This document shows positions 24,981 to 37,982 of a stretch of DNA of 64,000 nucleotides, piece after piece; position 1 is the stretch's first letter; every line of letters begins with the position of its first letter. The notes beneath the pieces are model-generated. The model was not told where the DNA came from, did not search any database, and was given only the letters and a program-made list of their open reading frames with translations. The stretch is taken from NCBI GenBank assembly GCA_951406725.2, contig OX597830.1, positions 8,308,001 to 8,372,000 of the forward strand. The letters are read 5' to 3'. The stretch comes from Octopus vulgaris (taxonomy: Eukaryota). The position numbers were made by a program, and so were the translations under genes.

Positions 24981-27805
24981 CGTGCGTGTGTGTGTTGTGT
25001 GTGTGTGTGTGTGTGTGTCTACCAGTGGTGCAAACCTCCTGAACTTGTTTAGGAGAGCAGTTAACTCCGAATCAGAATTGATTTGAACCCTGTCAACAAG
25101 ATCAACCCAGGCTAGCACACACACACACACACACACACATATGTGTTTGTGTGTGTGTGCATTCATATAGGGGCATACATATGTATATATGCTTAGATAT
25201 ACATATATATATGTACAGGTACATACACACATGCATATACACATGCAAACATACAAACACACACACACACATATGTGCACATACACATACATGCACACAC
25301 AGAGACACATGTATGCATATATATATATATATATATATATGTATATCTATGCATATTTGGGCATACTCATGTAAATATGCTTAGATATACATATATACGC
25401 ATACATATATGTACATATACATATGTATGTATACATACATATGCACATGCATACATACACATGCCCACACACACACACAAACACACACACATTCATATTT
25501 GAATTGTAAAGTAAACCATTTTTTCTCAAACATCCAATATTAACCTCACTCCGAAAATTAAATTTGTTACACCACAGTTTTGTCTCCCCATGGCAAGAAA
25601 AATGAAAAACATAGCTAGTCCTTAGCCTTCTAAGGCCTTCATCAGAGAAAGTCTACACAAAATATATAAAGACTCAGTTATTACTATGTATATACCACAA
25701 ATATATACCCACATGATTAGGAAGCAAACTTCATAATCTACTAATTTTTCCATGGACAAAAGATGGCTGTTTTCTTTCTTCGTTAATTGTCTAACAAAAC
25801 ACCAAATCAGTAAATTTGCTCTCATTTTTCAACCATTAAATTAAGAGACAGAAGCACAGATAAAATCTATGATGTAACCATTTATTTTATTATTCATGAA
25901 AAGGCCAAAAATTTTATGTTTATTAAAAAAGTTTACATTACTTTTCGAATTATCCCCCAAAACATTGTACAGTGCACACTGGATAAATATATTATATATC
26001 TATATATAGATTTGATGTATAAACATAAAAAAAAATATGTAACCAGAGCAATTAAGACCTCAATAACATATCGTTAATCTCCAGTATATTATTACAATGT
26101 CGTTTATATTGGAACTAAATTATGTGGAAATACAGAATCAGCTAAAAGCAATCATTGAGAGCAGAGATTAGATGCTAAATATATATCAGGGTTACAGGTG
26201 CAGGCGTGGTTGTGTGGTAAGAAGCTTGCTTCCTAACCACGTGGTTCCAGGTTCCATCCCACTATGTGGCACCTTGGGTAAGTGTCTTTTACTGTAGCCT
26301 TGGGTCAACCAAAGCTTGTGAGGGGATTTGATAGATGGAAACTGAAAGAAACCTGTTGTGCATATATCTGTGTGTATGTATCTGTATTTGTCCTCCGCCA
26401 CTGCTCAACAACTGGTGCTGATGTGTTTATATCCCTATCACTTAGCAGTTCAGCAAAAGAGAGCAATAGAATAAGAACCAAGCTTTAACAGAAAAACAGG
26501 CGTATGTACTAGGGTCAATTCATTTGAGTAAAAATGACCGCAGTCTAATGACTAAAACAAGTAAAAGATGAAAGATAATATTATCATCATCATTGTCATT
26601 GTTTAACGTCCACTTTCCATGCTGGCATGGGTTGGATGGTTTGACCGAGGACTGGCGAACCAGAAGGCTGCACCAGGCTCTGATATGATCTGGCAAGGAT
26701 TCTACAGCTATATGCCTTTCCTAACGCCAACCACTCCGAGAGTGTAGTGGGTGATTATTACACAACACCACCATGGGGGCCATGCAGGTGGCACTGGCAT
26801 CGACCATACTCAAATGGTACTTTTTACGTGCTACCAGCACGGGAGCCAGCCAAGCGACACTGGCTTCAACCATGCTCGAATGATGCTTTTTACGTGCCAC
26901 TGGCATTGGTCACGCTCGAACGGTGCTTTTTACAAGTCACTGGCACAGGCATTGACCAGTATTTTAATGTCTCCTTTTCCATGCCTTCGTGGATCGGAGA
27001 GAATTTTGCTGAGGCCGATTTTCTTCAACTGGGTGCTCTTCCTGTTACCCAACCCTCATCTATTTCCAAGCAAGGCAGTTTTTACCCATAACCAGGCAGG
27101 TTTTCACAGAAGACTGGAAACAAAGAACACCACCCGCATGAAGGTGACACTCGTTTACAATTATCATGCAGTGTCAAGGCAACATGACAGTAACACACAC
27201 ACACACACAACAGGCTTCTTTCAGTTTCTTATTTCTTTATTGCCCACAAGGGGCTAAACATAGAGGGGACAAACAAGGACAGACAAACGGATTAAGTCGA
27301 TTATATCGACCCCAGTGTGTAACTGATATTTATTTTATCAACCCCGAAAGGATGAAAGGCAATGTCGACCTCAGTGGAATTTGAACTCAGAACATAAAAA
27401 GAGATGAAATACCTATTTCTTTACTACCCACAAGGGGATACACAAAGAGTGGACAAACAAGGACAGACAAACGGATTAAGTCGATTATATCGACCCCAGT
27501 GCGTAACTGGTATTTTATTTATCAACCCCGAAAGGATGACAAGCATTGTCGACCTAGGTGGAATTTGAACTCAGAACATAACAGCAGACAAAATACCACT
27601 AAGCATTTCGCCCAGCATGCTAACGTTTCTGCCAGCTTTCTTACAGTTTCTGTTTACCAAATTCACTCACAAAGCTTTGGTCAGCCTGGGGCTGTCATAG
27701 AAGAAACTCGCTCAAAGTACAATGCAGTGGGATTGAACCCAGAACCATGTTGTTGGGAAGCCAACTTCTTACCACACAATCATGCCTTGTACATGTGTGT
27801 GTGTC

Positions 27806-27836
<31 letters not shown>

Positions 27837-28039
27837 ATATATACACTCATATACAATATGGGCTTCCTTCAGTTTCCACCTCACAAAGCTTTTATTGGCC
27901 TGGGGTTTTAATAGTAGAAGACACTTGCCCAAAAAGCCGTGCAGTGGAACTGAAACTGAAACCATGTGATTGGGAAGCAAGTTTCTTAACCGCACGGCCA
28001 TATAACCTTTAAAGACCCTATTGCAGTTCTTGAACATCA

Positions 28040-28471
28040 AACAGATTTATGATGATAGCAACCACCAGGCACTGAATTAGGAAGATGTGCTAAAGCTAGA
28101 AAGAAATAAAGTGAGTATGATCCACTGGATGGGATGTAGTGTGCCAGAATCATGAGGCACATATTAAACAAAAGCGGTGCAAGAGGAATGAAATTGTATG
28201 CAAGATATGGATGTGTGATGTGTATGGAAGCAGATAAGTGGGTGGCACAAAAGTGCCAGGGGAGTCATGTGAGAGGAACCAATGGAAGAGTAAGACCGAG
28301 GTGGATATAGGCAAAAGTGGTGAAGTGTGATCTCGGGGAAAATTGAATGTCAGATGAGAGATGACAAAAGAATGCAACATGTGGCAGGAAGGTGTGTCAG
28401 AAAGGACTCCCCTAACCCAAGCGAGCATGGAAAAATGAACATAATATTAACGATGATGACGATGATGATGA
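28040..28471 (+). mobile_element. Old RTE LINE 3' remnant
   Basis: Decayed LERNKVSMIHWM and EMTKE..W segments, with the family tail aacccaagcgagcatggaaaa...taacgatgatgacgatgat. Confidence 0.55.
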
Positions 28472-29644
28472 TATGTGACTCTTACTGAACAGCTTAGTTA
28501 ACTCCAGTGTGTGTGTGTGTGTGTGTATCCACATACATACATGGATGTCAATCACCTGCTGAAAGATCCGTGAGTGTGCATGTGTGTGAATGTGTGTGTG
28601 TGTGTATGCATACATACACATTCACACACACACAAAGGTTTACACAAAAAAAAGCAGCAAAATGCAAATCAAATCCAAGACAAAAACACGTAAAATGTGA
28701 AAATAACTGCAACAACAACAACAATGGAGTACAAGAAAAACAACATTTTGCAACATGAAAAACAAGATTGTTGTACATAGTGACACGACTGAATGATGAT
28801 TAAATATTTATGATTGTGTACTGTAAGAACAGAGGGGGTGGGGTGGAGAGGAAGGAGGAGTATGGAGAGAGAGAGGAGGAGAGAGAGAGAGAGAGAGAAT
28901 GTGAAGTGTGGAGATAGAGAGAGGGACAGATGGAAGTGACTGAGTGCAGAATGGATGGATGGATGGATGGATGGATGGATAGATAATATATATAAGCAGA
29001 GAGAGAGAGGGGGGGAGTCCCAGAGAAAAGAGAAGACAGATTGAAGTGGCAAGGAATGGGAGATGAGGACATAAAGACTGGAATGGTGGAGAGATAGAAA
29101 GAGAGAGAGAGAAAGAGAGGGAGAGAGTTGAAGGAAAGGAGAGATGGAGATTAGAGTTGTGGGGCGATGAAGAGAAGGAAAATAAAGAGAGAGAGAGAGA
29201 GAGAGAGACTACAATGGTAAAGAGAACATGAGAGGGTCAGAATAGGGACTGTGATATCCTCACTGGAAGTAATGTAAAATGAAGGTCTGTGCCATGCTGG
29301 AGCAGAATGCAGTAAGAATCGAGGAAAAGAGCGAGTAACTGAGAGATGAGTTTTTTATAGTGAACAACAGATGAGCAGTAAAGATGAGGATGAGAGAGTG
29401 CAGCGTATGGCCAAGGGAGGAGAGAACCACGTCTGTCCTCAGTCATCCCAAAAGCATATCTCTGCTTGACTGAAAAGTATCGGGAGTGAGTAAGGAATGA
29501 GTAAGGGGTTAGGGTACAACAAGCAGGAGCAAGAGAGGTAAAGGGACCCGGGTAACAGTGGTATAGAATGAGAGATGAATGATAGGTATATATATATATA
29601 TATATATATACACATACATACATACACACATACATACATATATA

Positions 29645-30040
29645 TGGCTGTGTGGTAAGTAGCTTGCTTACCAACCACATGGTTCTGGGTTTAGTCCCAC
29701 TGCGTGGCACCTTAGGCAAGTGTCTTCTACAACCTCGGGCTGACCAAAGCCTTGTGAGTGGATTTGGTAGACGGAAACTGAAAGAAGCCCATCGTATATA
29801 TGTATATATATATGCGTGTGTGTGTGTATGTTTGTGTGTCTGTGTTTGTCCCCCTAGCATTGCTTGACAACCGATGTTGGTGTGTTTATGTCTCCGTCAC
29901 TTAGCGGTTCGGCAAAAGAGACCGATAGAATAAGTACTGGGCTTACAAAGAATAAGTTCCGGGGTCGATTTGCTCCACTAAAGGCAGTGCTCCAGCATGG
30001 CCGCAGTCAACTGACTGAAACAAGTAAAAGAGTAAAGAGT
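29645..30040 (+). mobile_element. tRNA-derived SINE family A (representative; others at about 1326-1625+, 5300-5692-, 6468-6879-, 26195-26575+, 41930-42262-, 48010-48388+, 59990-60380- and many fragments)
   Basis: A-box tggctgtgtggt, B-box ggtt(c/t)agtccc, CORE-like cctt(a/g)ggcaagtgtcttct, an internal (TA/TG)n and the tail gactgaaacaagtaaaagag. Highly similar multi-copy family. Confidence 0.85.
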
Positions 30041-30060
30041 ATATACACACACACACGCAC

Positions 30061-30095
<35 letters not shown>

Positions 30096-30099
30096 TCTT

Positions 30100-30406
30100 C
30101 CTTTTCACCCTTTTCAAGCCTAGCCAGGCTCATGGGCCTGGTTTCCTGGTTTATATGGCTTATGTGTTCTCCCCCAGCTGAACGAGATGCCAGTCCATCG
30201 CAGAGTTACTCAAGAAACAGGAACAAAGAGTGAGAGAAAGTTGTGGCGAAAGTGTACAACAAGGGTCGCCACCACCCCCTGCCAGAGCCTCGTGGGGCTT
30301 CTAGGTGTTTTCGCTCAATAAACACACACAACGCCCGATCTGAGAATCGAAACTGTGATCCTCCGACCGTGAGTCCGCTGCCCTAACCACTGGGCCATTG
30401 CGCCTC
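30100..30406 (-). mobile_element. tRNA-derived SINE family D (second copy at about 23890-24180-)
   Basis: Head ggcgcaatggcccagtggttagggcagcggactc...ttcgattc. The body is shared between the two copies. Confidence 0.7.
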
Positions 30407-30409
30407 TAC

Positions 30410-30577
30410 ATCTACACATACACACACATATATGTATACATACAAATATATACACATACATACATATATATATACAGACAAATATATACATATATATATA
30501 TACATACATATACACATACATACATATATATATACAGACAAATATATATACATATATATATATATACATACATATAC

Positions 30578-30608
<31 letters not shown>

Positions 30609-30880
30609 CATATATACATATATATATACACATACATACACATACACACATCATATATAAATGTATACATGCACATATATATACACACACATACATTATA
30701 TATACACATACACACATAAGTACAAACATACATATGTACATACACATACATATGTACACACACATATACATGCATATACAAAAATACATACATACACACA
30801 CACACACACGTACCTACAGATAGACGTACATATACATATGCATACATGCGTATGTGTGTATACACATGTGTGTGTATGTT
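30410..30880. repeat. (TA/CA)n low-complexity tract (similar tracts at about 6250-6460, 24870-25490, 45170-45750 and 46110-46626)
   Basis: Direct reading. These tracts are the source of the YIYI/THTH/CVCV ORFs. Confidence 0.95.
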
Positions 30881-31994
30881 AATATATTCTCTCTTTATTT
30901 CTACAAAATCATTGATTTTTTTTTTCTATGACAGACGAAGTGAAGTAGGTGTTTACATAATGAAAAGACCAACGATTGGAAAAAATTCCTTGGCAAATTC
31001 TGATAACGTGTGTGTATGTATGTTCATGTACATATGCGTATATGTGTGTGTACATCCATAAACATTAATGTGTATGTGTGTGAGAGAGAGGGGGAGAGAG
31101 CATCCCTCTGTGTGTGTTCTATAAATGCAAGAGAATGAATGCTATTATAGATATGTCCAAGCTGGAGCTTTTTTGGCACGGTACCGTTCTTCAAATTAAT
31201 TTTCAGTTTCTTATCTATTTTTAGGGAACTGATTTTGTTACACAGACTTTATTGAGCCGAGGGAGACGAAGGTGTATATATGTGTACAGTCAGATCGTAT
31301 ATAGCACATACGTGTGGGCTGGTTCACCCCTTTTTTATATATTCAATTTTATACATTATATATATACATCATCACAACCATCATCATTTAACATTTCCCT
31401 TGCTTGGCATGGGTTGGTCAGTTCGATAGGAGCTGGCAAGGCCAGGAGCCACACCAGGTTCTACTGTCTGTTTTGGAATGGGTTTTAAAGCAAAACAGGT
31501 GAGGGTTGGCAACAGGAAGAGCATCTAGCTGTAAAATTCCTGCATCAAGTACTTCCTAATCTAACCCTTACCTAGCATGGAAAAGCAATGATGTGTGAGT
31601 GTGAGAGAGACAGAGAGCATGTGTGTGAACATGTGTGTATTCATTCATTTTACGTCTGTTTTCCAATACTAGCATGTGTTAGATGAATATACCATTCAGG
31701 TATTGTTTTTACAATCTGATGTCCTACCTGATTCTAATCTTTACCTGTTTTTGAAGGGATCTCACACACAGACAAACATGCATGCATAACAAACTTCTTT
31801 TTTTAAGTTTCTGTCAACCAAACTCAATCACAATGTGCTAAATTAACAACACCACAGTCTACTTAGCTGTAAATAGATACCACAGCATGTCACAGTACAC
31901 TGTACTATAATCCATGTCTAAGACACTTAACTGTCAACAGTCCAGTTCACAAGGCTTTAAGTTCAATATTGTTATATAATTCACTGTAAGCAAG

Positions 31995-32525
31995 CAATGA
32001 TGACAATGGTGGTGAGGGCAATGATGGTGATGATGACGGTGGTGGTGATGATGACAGTGGTGTTGATGATGACAGTGGTGTTGATGGTGGATGGTGGACA
32101 TGGTGATGGTATTGATGGTGGTGGTGATGGTGATGATGACGGTGGTGTTGATGATGACGGTGGTGTTGATGGTGGATGGTGGACATGGTGATGGTAATGA
32201 TGGTGGTGGTGGTGACAATGGTGATGATGATGATGGTGGTAGTGATGGTGATGACGATAGTGGTGATGGTGATGGTAGTGGTGATGATGATGACAGTGGT
32301 GTTGATGGTGGAGATGGTAGTGAGATGGTGGTGGTGGAGATGGTGGTGGTGTTTGTGATGATGATGATGACAATGGTGGTGATGGTGGTAGTGTTGGTGG
32401 TGATGATGACTATGGTGATGATGATGATGATGATGATGATGGTAGTGATGGTGGTGGTGGTGATGGTGGTGGTGAAGGTGGTGGTGGTGGTGGTAGTGAC
32501 GATGATGGTGCGGCTGATTGGGGTG
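31995..32525. repeat. (GGT/GAT)n compound trinucleotide repeat
   Basis: Direct reading. It explains the poly-His, poly-Thr and poly-Val/Met ORFs. Confidence 0.95.
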
Positions 32526-32558
32526 GTGCTTATGCATATAAAAGAATGCGAGACTCAC

Positions 32559-32727
32559 TCTTGGACTCTGGTCCCTGGCCCAGTAACCTCGTGAGGTCCA
32601 ATCCACATTGATAAGGAAGGAATCTCGGTGTTCCCCAAGTCCGTAGACATATTTGGTTGAGAGTAAAGTTCCAATCTGTAGATATTGGTCAGCAAATATC
32701 AATGGTGCTGCCACGGCAGAGTTAAAT
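32559..32727 (-). CDS. GAA: GAA-like internal exon (equivalent to human exon 4), 169 nt
   Basis: Acceptor ttgttacag|A, donor AGA|gtgagt. Starts in phase 2, which fits the previous exon. Translates FNSAVAAPLIFADQYLQIGTLLSTKYVYGLGEHRDSFLINVDWTSRGYWARDQSPR (GH31 PL.F.DQ.LQ, YGLGEH and W.RD motifs). Confidence 0.95.
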
Positions 32728-33229
32728 CTGTAACAAAAAATAAAAAAAATAAATTAATACACATACACACACACACATATATCTATACATGTAAATTTGA
32801 CATGGGCAATTTTTTTCTTGTCTTGGGAATCACAGTCAAATGGCTGGGTGGAATTACACGAAAATTTACACAGATGTGTAGAGTGATCCGGTGGTGATGC
32901 TGGGCTTTGTATTTTCTTCATGGTTACCGAGATAATCTACTACAATAATACTCTTGTGTTTATGAATGAGAAAGGAAGGGGTGATAGATAAATAAGGAAG
33001 GAAAGGGGTGATGTCATACTTGGTAGTGGGATGATGAAAATTGTACACTGAAAAATAAATCAAACAGCATTTCAACTCTGTGTGAATATGTGTATGTAAA
33101 AGGGGGTATGTGAATGTGTGTGTATGTGCAATGGAAGTGGGATGGTTCATCTTTGTTCACTTAGTATTTGGTTATTTTTTGATTTGGTTGAATCTGGGTT
33201 GGTTTTTTTTTTTTTTGTTGGTCAGTTAT

Positions 33230-33370
33230 TTTTAGCGTTTTGACAGAAAAAAGTCATTCTTAAATTGTTTTATAACATACCCATGCCCAAACAAGTCGAA
33301 TGCTTACACAGAACAGGTTTTACAGCCACATCATCCAAACCGACCGGGTGAAACCGGGCTTAGCTGCTAG
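33230..33370 (+). mobile_element. Helitron 3' end of a different family (5' boundary unclear)
   Basis: ccgggtgaaaccggg hairpin followed by ...gctgCTAG|T. Confidence 0.5.
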
Positions 33371-34063
33371 TGTATATATATATATATATATACACATACA
33401 TACACATATAACCATCTGCATATCATATTTCATGTGAATACATAGCAAAGAAAGTAACTTTACCAAAGTATTCATCTGGTGAAAGAGTCTCACAAGGATG
33501 CCGTGTGTTCATAAGCAGAAACTATTTGGAGAGCTGATAAAAGTTGTCCAGCAATGCGAGGTAAAGAATGTCAAATGCGCATTTCTGCTTCATTGAGGTC
33601 TGTCAGTAGCTTACACTCATTACTAGTGTGTGTGTGTATACATACATGTGCATGTGTGTATGTATACATATGTGTGTGTGTGTATCCATGTGTTTGTGTA
33701 TCATCATCATCGTTTAACGTCCACTTTCCATGCTAGCATGAGTTGGACGGTTCAACTGGGGTCTGGGAAGCCAGAAGTCTGCACCAGGCCCAGTCTGATC
33801 TGGCAGTGTTTCTACGGCTGGATGCCCTTCCTAACGCTAACCACTCCGTGAATGTAGAGGGTGCTTTTTACGTGCCACCAGCACAGGTGCCAGACGAGGC
33901 TGGCAAACGGCCACGGACGGATGGTGCTTTTTACGTGCCACCGGCACAGAAGCCAGTCAGGGCGGCGCTGGCTACGGTCACGTTTGGATGGTTCTCTTAT
34001 GTGCCACCGGCACTGGTATCCCAGCTACAAATTCCACTGATGTTGATAGATTACGATTTTGAT

Positions 34064-34125
<62 letters not shown>

Positions 34126-34132
34126 ATGTATG

Positions 34133-34164
<32 letters not shown>

Positions 34165-35399
34165 TATTGTGAAGGCAGATGGCTTAGTGTTCAGGGGTAT
34201 TTGGTTCGTGATTGTAAGGTTGTGAGTTCAATTCTGGTGATGTGTTGTGTCCTTGAGCAAAACACTTTATTTCACTTTGCTCCAGTCCAATCGGCTGGCA
34301 ATAATAATAAGTACCTGTAATACACAAGGGTCAGCCTTGTCACTTTCTGTGTCACACTGAATCTGGAGTGTTCAGCCACTTGCACACATTAATTTCATGA
34401 GCAAGCTGTTCCATCAATCAAACCAACTGGAACAGTCGTCGTCATAACTGATGGAGGGGCACTTTGCATGTAGATGTGTGTGAAGACGCATGGCTCAGTG
34501 GTTAGAGCGTTAGGCCCACAATAAAGTGGTAGCAAGTTCAATTCTCGGAAATCCAGCAACCTATGTTTACAGACTAGCAAATATATACACACTTCCATTC
34601 ACACACAGATATCATTGTTATAACATCCACTTTTCTACGCTTGCATGCATCAGATGGAAGTTGATGAAGCAAATTTTCTACAGCCAGATGCCCCCCCCCC
34701 CCCCTGTCACCAACCTGTGTTTCCAGGTTATATTTCCCAATGGTCAGGCATATTTTCCACAAAAGACTGGAAATTAACAATACCACTTGTTTGATGGTGA
34801 TGCTCATTTACATCCATCATGGGATGTTAAAACAAAGATATAAAAAAGAAACACCCCCCCACACACATGTATACACACCCATACAAATATGTCTACATGC
34901 GCATATAATGGGGTTTCTTACAGTTTCCACCCATAAGGCTTTGATTGGCCCAGGGCTATGGTAAGATGCTGTGCAATGGGACTGAATCCAAGACTACACA
35001 GCTGGGAAGCAAGCTTCTTAGATACCCAGCCACCCCTGATCCCTCTCCACTTCTATACACACACTCACCATATAATCCTCTATTGATTATCCCTGCCACT
35101 TTTGGTCTCCATAAGACATTTACCATATGACTAGCTTCCACAAACGATTCTTCTACAGAGAATGCTGCTACCAAGAAATCCTTTTCTCAATAGTAAATTC
35201 TGTCTGTGACAGAAGAAGTGGAAGCTTGTGTTTGGTGAGAAATGACAGAGCTGGAACAAGTGTTGAGTGTTTGTGGTCAGCTAAACCTATCGGACATGAG
35301 AAAGCAATTAGTTAGGGAAGAATCGATCACCAATAAATAAAATGATCTGACTTAAACGGTGGTGGGGAGGATTGGGGAGATAGGGAAGAGGGACATAAG

Positions 35400-35519
35400 G
35401 AGATGGCTGGATGGCTGGCTGGATGGATGGATGGTTGGTTGGGAGGATGGATGGAGAAACAAAAGATAGAGGGATGAATAACTAAATAGACAAACAGACA
35501 GATGGAAGAGTAAATGGAT

Positions 35520-35558
<39 letters not shown>

Positions 35559-35780
35559 AATGAATAGAGAGGGAAATGAATAAGCAGACACTGAGTTAGA
35601 GAGACAGAGAAAAAGATAGATAGGAGAGATAGAGATGAATAGATGAACAGTTAAATGAATAAACAGAGGCAGGTAGATGGATAGAAAGACAGACAGACAT
35701 AAATGGACAGACAGGTATAAAGACAGGCGATTGCAAGAAAGACTTATAAGCAGACAGACAGACAGATAGGCAGGTAGATG

Positions 35781-35843
<63 letters not shown>

Positions 35844-36075
35844 TGATAGATTGATAGATAGATAGATGGATAGATTGATAGATTGATAGACAGATATATA
35901 GATAGAGAGAAGGGTAGGTAAGTAGGTAGACCTCTAAGTAGATAGACAGACAGGGAGATAGACAGCCAGACAGACAGACAGACAGGCAGACAGACAGACA
36001 GACAGGCAGGCAGACAGACAGGCAGACAGACAGGCAGACAGACAGACAGACAGACAGACAGATAGATAGATAGCT
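35400..36075. repeat. Compound (GGAT)n/(GA)n/(GATA)n/(GACA)n microsatellite
   Basis: Direct reading. Confidence 0.95.
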
Positions 36076-36948
36076 ATTGATATCCATAGACAAAACATAT
36101 ATAAACAGGTGATTCTGTACTAGCAAACAGTAAAACTATTCAAACAGTGGAATCCAATATGTTGTGAGAAAGAAGGAACGGTTGACATTTCAGCTGGAAC
36201 CTGGGGAGGAGTAGGAAGAGGTAACAAGTGTATTTGTACAGTAGGGGGAGTGGTTAGAGTGAAGAGAAAATGAAAGGAGGGACAGCAGACTTGAAAAATG
36301 TTGAAGAAAGGAGAGGAGGAAACGACACACACACACACACAAGTTACTTGATATATGAATCACCTAACCCATGCCAGCATGGAAAAACAGACATAAGATA
36401 ATGATTATTCTTTTAGTCCTCTTATTTCTTTTCTGTATGCTTCAATCATCGGATTCTGGTCATGCTGGGGCAGTGTCTTGAGAGGTCAGTCGAACAAATC
36501 GACCCCAGCAATTATGTTTCTTAAGTTTGGTACTTAATCTATTGGTTTCCTTTGCTGAACCACTAAGTTACAGGGACGTAAACAAACCAACACGGTTTGT
36601 CAAGCAGTGGAGTGACAAACACACACAGGTGAGTGGACAAACAAAAGACATTTTAGAGTCCACTTTTCCATGCTTGCATGGGTCAGATGTACTTTACTAT
36701 GGCAGACATTCTATGGCTGGATGCCCTTCCTGTCATCAACCTTCACCTGCTTCCAAGCAACGTACCATTTCCCACATAGATGTGTCTTCACAAAATATTG
36801 GTGAGAATGAATGATACTGCTCATATAACAGTGACATTCATTTACAACTATCACACAATATTAAGTCAAAGAAACATGCACACACATACACATATATATA
36901 TACACACAAATACATACATACATATATACATACACATACATACATATA

Positions 36949-37780
36949 TTGGGTTATCCCATAAATAATGCTTCTTTTTTCAATTGCATGAACTAAAAGT
37001 CGGAGGGGGACAGGATAAACTACCTGCATCAACTTTCTCTAAAAGCAGGTAGTAATTTTACTTTGTACTTATTCTTAGTGCAAGTTTTGAAGAGTGCAGT
37101 TTGATTTTAACAGTTATTTTTTCAAATCTATAATGGAAGTGACAAAGTGGCATATTCGGCATATTTTGTTTTATGAGTTCAATAAAGGCAACAACGCAAC
37201 GGAAAGTGCGAGGAATATTAATGCAGTATATGGGGATTGGACAATAAGTGTAAGCCAGTGTCAATGGTGGTTCCAGAAATTCTGAGCTGGAAACTACAGC
37301 CAAGAAGATAAGCCTTGTCATGGAAGATCTGTGGAGCTCAACGAGAATGTCCAGCAAACCCTGGTGGAACAAAATCTTGTCATAACTGTTGAAGAACTAG
37401 CAGAGAAGCTTGGATTTCATTGAAAATCGACCATCTTTGGTTTTCAGACATAATGCTTGGCCACATATAGTGAGGATGACATTCCAAAGGTTGGAGCAGC
37501 TTGAATGGGAAACGGTGCCCCACCCCACCATATTTGCCGGACATTGCTACATCTGTTTATCATTTATTCTGCAGTCTTCAAAATCATTTGGATGGAAAAC
37601 ATATGAATTTTGTAGACAAGGTCAGAAGAGTACTGGAGGAGTATTCTTCATCACGGACAAGTGAATTTTGGAAGAGGGGCCTCACATACTACTAGATAGA
37701 TGGAAGAGCATTGTAGAAAATGAAGGAAAGTATATTTTAGATTAAAAGAGAACTTTGTTTATCTTGATTTTGAAAAATAA
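36949..37780 (+). mobile_element. Internally deleted mariner (Mos1/Hsmar-like) transposon remnant
   Basis: TA|ttgggttatccc left end. HTH region MEVTKWHIRHILFYEFNKGNNATESARNINAVYG...WFQKF*AGN, then decayed HDNARPH (HNAWPH), PPYLPDIATSVYHLF and DRWKSIVENEGKYILD* motifs with stops and frameshifts. Confidence 0.85.
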
Positions 37781-37925
37781 TATATGTATACACACACATA
37801 CATACACACACAGCTCTTCGGTTTATAAGTTCCAGTCAAACTGTTTAATCCATGCCAGAATAGAAAGTGGATGCTAAACGATGAGGATGATAAATATACA
37901 CACACACACACACATATATACACAT

Positions 37926-37982
<57 letters not shown>

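Noticed and set aside
25605-25652. Minus-strand CTGATGA-A-GGCC-ttagaa-GGCT hammerhead-like string
   Set aside because: GAAA is absent and stem I is not evident.
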